A program made the translations under genes and the position numbers. Under the pieces are notes generated by a model that had not been told where the DNA came from, searched no databases, and saw only the letters and a list, made by a program, of their open reading frames with translations. Below, one piece after another: positions 56,689 through 61,661 of a DNA stretch of 61,661 bases. Position 1 is the stretch's first letter, and each line of letters begins with the position of its first letter. This stretch comes from an uncultured bacterium (GTDB taxonomy: Bacteria; Bdellovibrionota; JACOXK01; 2-02-FULL-40-11). The DNA is taken from assembly GCA_964371555.1 (NCBI GenBank), contig CAYJMQ010000001.1, forward strand, positions 10,882 to 72,542, in the 5' to 3' direction.

Positions 56689-57654
56689 ATGAAAAACGCC
56701 CTATTCCAAATCCTAAAATTTTCCTTTGCGACAGCTATTTTTGCCTGGTTTGTATCGGAAGGAAAAATCGATTTCCCAAAAATCAGAGAGGCTCTCTTTC
56801 ATTCTCCCTGGATCTTGTTTTCAGTTGTCATGGGATTTGGGACGCTCTTTATCGTTACATGGCGATGGTGGCTTCTTATCCGGTCTCAGGGAATACGGCT
56901 TTCATTTGCCAAGGCATTCCAGCTGGTTCTCATAGGGCAATTTTTCAATATCGTTATTCCGGGGACCATCAGCGGGGATGTTGTGAAGGCCTATTACCTC
57001 GCGCGCAATGAGGAGAAAAAAATGATCGCTGGATTTTCGGTTCTGATGGATCGCCTGATTGGGCTTTTTGTGTTGATTGGAGTAACCTCTGCATCCGTTC
57101 TTATAAATGCCTCTTCACTGACGACACCTGAATTGAAAACCCTTGGCATAGGCATTGTTGTTTTATCCATTGTTTCTTTTTTGGGAATTTTGTTTTTCTT
57201 TGTAAAGAGTGATTTCAGACTCCCCTCCCTCGTTCCTTCTTTTTTTCACCGTGTCGCGGAAGTGATATGGGCGTATCGGGGGCACCGTCGTACTCTTCTT
57301 TTAGCCGCAATTTTAACGGTTTTTAATTACTTCTTTAATGTTTTGTTGTTTTATGGGGTTGCCCAATCGCTCGGAGAGAATTTTTTGACCTTTCCCCAAT
57401 ATTTATTTCTGATTCCGGTAGGGCTCTTTGTGATGGTGATTCCGATTGCGCCCGCGGGGCTGGGGGTGGGGCAGGGGGTTTTTCTCAAGCTTTTTGAATG
57501 GGCGTACGGCAGGCCTGTAACCATTGGAGCCGATATGGTGACGTTAGGCCAGATGGTGATTGTGCTCTGGGCAATAGTGGGCGGCGTTCTTTATTTATTC
57601 TATAAGCAGAAGAAGCTGGTTCCGATCCCTCAGGAAGGGGTCATGGCTTCATGA
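56689..57654 (+). CDS. Flippase-like / lysylphosphatidylglycerol-synthase-TM-region family membrane protein (UPF0104)
   Basis: About 320 aa with 8 TM segments and the family-typical segment GTISGDVVKAYYL. Confidence 0.65.
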   Translation: MKNALFQILKFSFATAIFAWFVSEGKIDFPKIREALFHSPWILFSVVMGFGTLFIVTWRWWLLIRSQGIRLSFAKAFQLVLIGQFFNIVIPGTISGDVVKAYYLARNEEKKMIAGFSVLMDRLIGLFVLIGVTSASVLINASSLTTPELKTLGIGIVVLSIVSFLGILFFFVKSDFRLPSLVPSFFHRVAEVIWAYRGHRRTLLLAAILTVFNYFFNVLLFYGVAQSLGENFLTFPQYLFLIPVGLFVMVIPIAPAGLGVGQGVFLKLFEWAYGRPVTIGADMVTLGQMVIVLWAIVGGVLYLFYKQKKLVPIPQEGVMAS

Positions 57655-59024
57655 GTTCAACACGAAATATTCAGATTTTTCACGATACGATTGTGCGTCT
57701 TTTGCATCGCGGGGCGGCAAAAAATATTGAAAAGATTTTGGAAAAGGCGCATGCGGCTGATCTTGCGCAGGTCATCCGGTCACTCGATGATCTGAAAGAC
57801 AAACAGGCTGTTTTTGGACTCATTGCAGTTGAGGGGAAAAAAGCGGAGGTGCTGCAGGTTTTAGATCCAAATGAGGCTATTTCACTTCTTGAAAATCTGG
57901 AAGAAGACAAAATTATTGAGATCTTTCAGCAGATGTCCTCTGACCGTGTGACCGATATTATGGGGTATCTTCCGGAAGAAGTATCGCAGGCGCTTCTCAA
58001 ACGCATGGAGCCCAAAGGCTCGGAAGTCATTGAGGAACTCATGCGCTATCCGGAGGATACAGCGGGTGGGATTATGACCACCGAATTTTGCGCGCTGCAG
58101 GAGGAGACAACCGTTGAACAGGCGATCCGAAGGCTTCAGACGGAAATGGATCTCGACCATATTTTTTATGTGTATGTTGTGAATGAGGTGGAACAACTTG
58201 TGGGTGTTTTATCCCTCCGGAAATTGCTTCAGGTAAAACCCGAAACGAAAATTAAAGAAATGATGATTACAGACGTTATCAGTGTGAGAGCCGATACCGA
58301 TCAGGAGGAGGTCGCCAAAGTGGTTGCGCGGTATAACCTCCTGGCATTGCCGGTTGTTGACGAGAACAATAAGCTTATTGGAATTGTGACCGTTGATGAT
58401 GTTGTTGATGTCATTCGGGATGAAGCGACAGAAGACATTTTAAAAATGGGAGGGGTGGGTGAAGCTCAAGTGCTTGAGCCGTCGATTTTTAAATCGGCAA
58501 GGATCCGGCTCCCCTGGCTTTTCATCAGCCTGCTCGGTGGAATCATCGCGTTTAAAGTTGTGAATGCTTTCCATCTGACGCTGGAAAAATCGATCATATT
58601 GGTCTGCTTTATCCCGCTGATTGTTGGAATGACCGGAAATGTGGCGACTCAGACGGCAACGATTGTCGTGCGGGGTCTTTCGACGGGGAAAATCCGGTCG
58701 AAACAGATCGGCTGGATTCTCTGGAAAGAATTAAAAGTAGGGCTGCTCTTGGGCGGCCTCTATGGCCTGATTGCCGGAACCTTTGCCAGCATTCAGCCGG
58801 GGAATTCATTTGAATACCTGGGGCTTGCGATTGGGGGGGGGCTTACGATTGCCATGATAGTGGCCGCGGTTTTCGGTTCTTTTTTACCGATGATTTTTGA
58901 GCGTTTTAAAATCGATCCCGCCTTTGCGACCGGCCCCTTTGTGACGACGATTGTCGATGTGATTGGAATTTTTATTTATTTTGAGCTCGCTTCATTGATC
59001 CATGGGATCCATGGCGCTTTTTAA
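57651..59024 (+). CDS. mgtE: Magnesium transporter MgtE
   Basis: MgtE N-domain, tandem CBS domains (GGIMTTEF...; LPVVDENNKLIGIVTVDDVVDV), and a C-terminal TM domain (PFVTTIVDVIG). Confidence 0.92.
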   Translation: MSSTRNIQIFHDTIVRLLHRGAAKNIEKILEKAHAADLAQVIRSLDDLKDKQAVFGLIAVEGKKAEVLQVLDPNEAISLLENLEEDKIIEIFQQMSSDRVTDIMGYLPEEVSQALLKRMEPKGSEVIEELMRYPEDTAGGIMTTEFCALQEETTVEQAIRRLQTEMDLDHIFYVYVVNEVEQLVGVLSLRKLLQVKPETKIKEMMITDVISVRADTDQEEVAKVVARYNLLALPVVDENNKLIGIVTVDDVVDVIRDEATEDILKMGGVGEAQVLEPSIFKSARIRLPWLFISLLGGIIAFKVVNAFHLTLEKSIILVCFIPLIVGMTGNVATQTATIVVRGLSTGKIRSKQIGWILWKELKVGLLLGGLYGLIAGTFASIQPGNSFEYLGLAIGGGLTIAMIVAAVFGSFLPMIFERFKIDPAFATGPFVTTIVDVIGIFIYFELASLIHGIHGAF

Positions 59025-59766
59025 CAAAACGCGCGCCTTGATTTTCAAAGCAGTTTCTTATCGTGAATATGACAAACGTGTGGATCTGCTCACGCGTGAT
59101 TATGGCAAAATCACTGTTGTTGCCCCTGCCGCCCAAAGAAGCCGAAAGCGTTTTTCCTCCGCGCTTGATACCCTCACTCATATTTCCGCCCATTACCGTG
59201 AAAAGCATGGTTATGGGATGGCACGCCTTGAAGAGATGACGGTGCTTGATGCTTTTTGTGTCCTCAAGAAGGACATAAAAAAAATTTCGTACGCAAGTTA
59301 TTTTTTGGAAATTGTCTGGCAGGCGATACGTGAGCCATCCCCCCCGCTCTTTGATTTTTTATTTTTTTTCCTCAAAGCCCTTGAAAAAACCCATCGTGAA
59401 GATTGGCTTGCCCGTTTCTTTGAAGCGAGAATTTTGCCAAAGATCGGTTATTTGCCAATGCTTCGCCAATGTGTGAAATGCAATGTGCCGAAAGGGGCTG
59501 TATCCGGGGAGATCTTATTCTCTGTTTCTTCCGGCGGTATTCTTTGCGCCGCATGCGCCGGGACAACCGGTGAGAGGGGGAGCCGGATTTCATCTCAGGC
59601 AATTCTCTTTTTGGACCGGATGATTTCTGAAGCAAAAATGTTTCCATTGAATGAAAAGATTTCAACAGAGCTCAAAGGTTTTCTCCCCTCTTTTCTTTTT
59701 CATCATCTGGAGAAAGAACCGAAATCGTATCCCTTTATAGATTCTGCTGAAAAAGTGTCTGTCTGA
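59011..59766 (+). CDS. recO: DNA repair protein RecO (C-terminal 8 codons supplied by MITE copy B)
   Basis: N-terminal OB region (ALIFKAVSYREYDKRVDLLTRDYGKI) and Cys motif CVKCNVP...CAACAG. The ORF runs into the element at 59741. Confidence 0.85.
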   Translation: MALFNKTRALIFKAVSYREYDKRVDLLTRDYGKITVVAPAAQRSRKRFSSALDTLTHISAHYREKHGYGMARLEEMTVLDAFCVLKKDIKKISYASYFLEIVWQAIREPSPPLFDFLFFFLKALEKTHREDWLARFFEARILPKIGYLPMLRQCVKCNVPKGAVSGEILFSVSSGGILCAACAGTTGERGSRISSQAILFLDRMISEAKMFPLNEKISTELKGFLPSFLFHHLEKEPKSYPFIDSAEKVSV

Positions 59767-59838
59767 GCGCAAAGCGCGAAGAATCCCAGCGGAGATGCTT
59801 CGGGACTTCGTCCCTCAGCATGACTTTTTCAGCAGAAT
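59741..59838. mobile_element. 98-bp hairpin MITE, copy B, flanked by 8-bp direct repeats CTTTATAG (59733-59740 / 59839-59846)
   Basis: Same termini and core as copy A with 2-3 substitutions. Inserted between the convergent recO and gmhB genes. Confidence 0.85.
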
Positions 59839-59840
59839 CT

Positions 59841-60413
59841 TTATAGAGTCTCTGGCTGGCGGATAATCCACTCTGCCGCCTCAAGAATATTTTCTGCGAC
59901 GTGGTCGGGCCATTCATTAGGATCAGGGGCATCAACAGAGGTTTCCAGCGAAGAGAGCGTTTCTCTGCCAGCCCCTGTAAGCACCAAAATGGTTTTACAT
60001 CCTCCATTTTTTCCGGCGCGGATGTCAAACATCCGGTCTCCGATAAAAAAGGATTTCTGAAGGGCAATCTGATGCTCGCGAACCGCGCGTTTGAGGAGCC
60101 CGACGTTTGGTTTTCTGCAGGGACATGGATCAGTCGGATGATGCGGGCAATAATAGATGGAATCGAGGAACGCCTTTTTTTTGCCAAGTTTTTCCTTAAG
60201 TTTTTCATTGATCCTGATCAGATCTTCTTCTTTAAGAAGCCCCCGCGCGACGCACGATTGGTTTGTGACAACGATGGTTTTAAATTGATGCCGGTTGAGA
60301 AGTTTAATCGCCTCAAACGCTTCTTTAAAGATTCTCAGTCGTCTGATATCGGTAAGATAATTCGGCTCTTCATGATTAATCGTTCCATCCCGATCGAGAA
60401 AAACAGCTTTCAT
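59841..60413 (-). CDS. gmhB: D-glycero-D-manno-heptose 1,7-bisphosphate phosphatase (HAD-IIIA, GmhB-like)
   Basis: AVFLDRDGTIN, VVTNQS, the Zn-site CPHHPTDPCPCRKP, and GDRMFD. Confidence 0.85.
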   Translation of the reverse strand: MKAVFLDRDGTINHEEPNYLTDIRRLRIFKEAFEAIKLLNRHQFKTIVVTNQSCVARGLLKEEDLIRINEKLKEKLGKKKAFLDSIYYCPHHPTDPCPCRKPNVGLLKRAVREHQIALQKSFFIGDRMFDIRAGKNGGCKTILVLTGAGRETLSSLETSVDAPDPNEWPDHVAENILEAAEWIIRQPETL

Positions 60414-60536
60414 TGCGGGGGAGATTAAACAAAGGGGGGGACGAAGTCAAATGGATGGGGGGGGGGAAGATTTTTGTTGCATTTGGAACTGGGGGGGATA
60501 ATTTCTCCTATATTAATTAACCGAAGGAGGGTTATC

Positions 60537-61232
60537 ATGATAATAAAACTAAAGAGTGCTTTCGTAGCGCTCAGTATTTTTACGGTTGCTGTATTTATGA
60601 GTAACAGCGCCGTTGCCGCTTCCATATGCGAGTCGCTGGAAGAGTGTCAGTTAGTTGGATCTTATCTCCAGGAGCAACTCGCTCAACAAGGATCTGAGGT
60701 CATCCGCGCTTATCTTCGCTCCCAACTCACTCAGGTCGAAGCGAGACTTCAGGAGCTTCTTCAACCGCCCGAAACACGTACGACCACAACTGGAGCTGTT
60801 TTTACGCGTGATACGAGTAATGCTTCTCTCGGCGAAGCCTGGCGTGATCCAGATGGCCTCATTTGGGGGGATATTGTGAAGGAAGATGAATCAGTGCGAT
60901 ACATGGTTCATAGTTCTCAGCATATGAAAGAATTTGGTCGCCCTTTGCCAGAAGGTACACTCGGTGCGAAAGAATACTGCAAAAGCATTGGCGCGCGTTT
61001 GCCTTCGAAAGAGGAATTCATCCGACTTCGGGAATATATGGGGGCGCAATCTGGAACGCATGAGGGGTATAGCGCTCAGGTTTTGCCAAATCTCTCGGGC
61101 TATTGGTTTTGGTCGTCGTCGGTCGATCAATTCACTCTCGGTGAGGCTTACCGCTTCGAGGGTCGTAGTGGCGAAATCTACGGCACCAACCGCGGCCACG
61201 GTGGTGCGGTCCTCTGCGTTGTTAGTCGCTAG
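60537..61232 (+). CDS. Secreted DUF1566 (Lcl C-terminal domain) protein
   Basis: GAAGGAGG Shine-Dalgarno and signal peptide MIIKLKSAFVALSIFTVAVFMSNSAVAA. DUF1566-like motifs GLIWGD, ARLPSKEEFIRL, YWFWSSS and AVLCVVSR. Confidence 0.7.
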   Translation: MIIKLKSAFVALSIFTVAVFMSNSAVAASICESLEECQLVGSYLQEQLAQQGSEVIRAYLRSQLTQVEARLQELLQPPETRTTTTGAVFTRDTSNASLGEAWRDPDGLIWGDIVKEDESVRYMVHSSQHMKEFGRPLPEGTLGAKEYCKSIGARLPSKEEFIRLREYMGAQSGTHEGYSAQVLPNLSGYWFWSSSVDQFTLGEAYRFEGRSGEIYGTNRGHGGAVLCVVSR

Positions 61233-61278
61233 GCGTGGTGGTGTTTAGTTTCCCGATTTGATCATTGGTACAGAGGGG

Positions 61279-61298
61279 GTGGGCACGAAAGTGCCCAC
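61279..61298. terminator. GC-rich hairpin GTGGGCAC-GAAA-GTGCCCAC followed by TTT
   Basis: 8-bp perfect stem with a GNRA loop, 47 nt after the DUF1566 stop. The T-run is short. Confidence 0.5.
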
Positions 61299-61554
61299 TT
61301 TCGGAATAGAAGAGCGTCTCCCAATGTTTCGTAATCAGGAAAACTGATAATCGTTGTTCCCGCATATTTCTTAGACGGGCGTGAAAGAACTCGAAATGCA
61401 CGATTAAATGCTTTCTTTGTAGATTCCACGATCCGGTCTTTCCGTTTTTTAGTGGGAGAATTGCGGTTCTTTGTAAGATGGGTCAGATGGCAACGCCGTA
61501 TCAGGTTTCTTTGATGCTGGATCTAGATAAGGCGACGGTTTATAGGGGAGTATT

Positions 61555-61661
61555 CTACGCCTTGTTACCCGCTTTAAATTTAAAAGTTGCTTCCGCTCTC
61601 CATCTGTTGTGTTCGCCACAAAGAATCCGTAAGTTTTCTTCCGATGATTTCCCCCCAAGCG
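61555..61661 (-). CDS. HNH endonuclease, C-terminal fragment (5' part outside window)
   Basis: The minus-strand frame open to the window edge reads ..SSEENLRILCGEHNRWRAEATFKFKAGNKA*. NLxxLCxxHNxxxAE is a recurrent HNH C-terminal signature. It competes with the overlapping listed ORF 61449-61658. Confidence 0.5.
   Translation of the reverse strand, partial: LGGKSSEENLRILCGEHNRWRAEATFKFKAGNKA

Noticed and set aside
60434-60497. G7, G10 and G7 homopolymer tracts between gmhB and the DUF1566 gene, considered as a phase-variation switch
   Set aside because: Runs of 8-9 G also occur inside essential or conserved CDSs here as GGG Gly codons, for example 15632-15639 in ctaD, 28386-28394 in glpA and 32368-32376 in the lipid kinase. 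Long G-runs therefore look like a genome-wide habit and not a specific switch. Checking read-level length variation is still cheap.
61449-61658. Listed 69-aa minus-strand ORF at the window edge
   Set aside because: It overlaps a different frame that carries an HNH-type signature (NLRILCGEHNRWRAE). The listed frame has no recognisable motif. This cannot be settled without the sequence beyond the window.
1-61661. Genome-wide stop-codon reassignment as an explanation for the glpA stops
   Set aside because: TGA (e.g. hisS), TAA (e.g. the aminotransferase, comparing its end with AspC-type termini) and TAG (e.g. nrdJ, lipid kinase) all terminate conserved genes at about the expected lengths.

Overview
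This is a 61.7-kb chromosomal window from a diderm, aerobic, probably uncultivated bacterium. I saw no rRNA, CRISPR array, transposase or integrase. All homology calls come from reading motifs in the supplied translations; no database search was run.

Core content, left to right:
- Aminotransferase 3' fragment, DedA-family protein plus FAD disulfide oxidoreductase, CoA-binding protein, HU, a TIGR02757-family protein and an OMP.
- tRNA-Val(TAC), then class II (B12) ribonucleotide reductase nrdJ.
- SCO1 plus a caa3-type cytochrome oxidase operon with ctaA/ctaB.
- comEC, an S41 peptidase, and hisS-aspS.
- A glpA*-glpB-ferredoxin-AGPS-like flavoprotein-lipid kinase cluster near the window centre.
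- An Nfu-like protein plus ATP-grasp enzyme, a TatT-type TRAP transporter, and the livFGMHK operon.
- icd-mdh-sucCD-ndk, then ugd-uxs-degT.
- A flippase-like protein, mgtE, recO, gmhB, a DUF1566 protein and an HNH nuclease fragment at the right edge.

Signals most worth follow-up:
1. The glycerol-3-phosphate dehydrogenase / alkyl-DHAP-synthase-like / lipid kinase cluster. Its glpA carries two in-frame stop codons but no frameshift, and the TGA aligns with a Cys of E. coli GlpA.
2. A chimeric junction at 34944-35061. It fuses copies of two distant gene ends and places two alternative cargos in tandem between the same flanks.
3. A 98-bp hairpin MITE present twice. Both copies have 7-8 bp flanking direct repeats, and one has rewritten the RecO C-terminus.
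4. An unusual density of short tandem duplications. All eight clean arrays inside CDSs have periods that are multiples of 3.
5. Two mosaic paralogues next to tRNA-Val, with divergent 5' halves and 490 bp of identical 3' sequence.
6. A REP-like hairpin pair with compensatory substitutions.
7. The nrdJ control region, which has an NrdR-box-like palindrome and a 28-bp duplicated leader.
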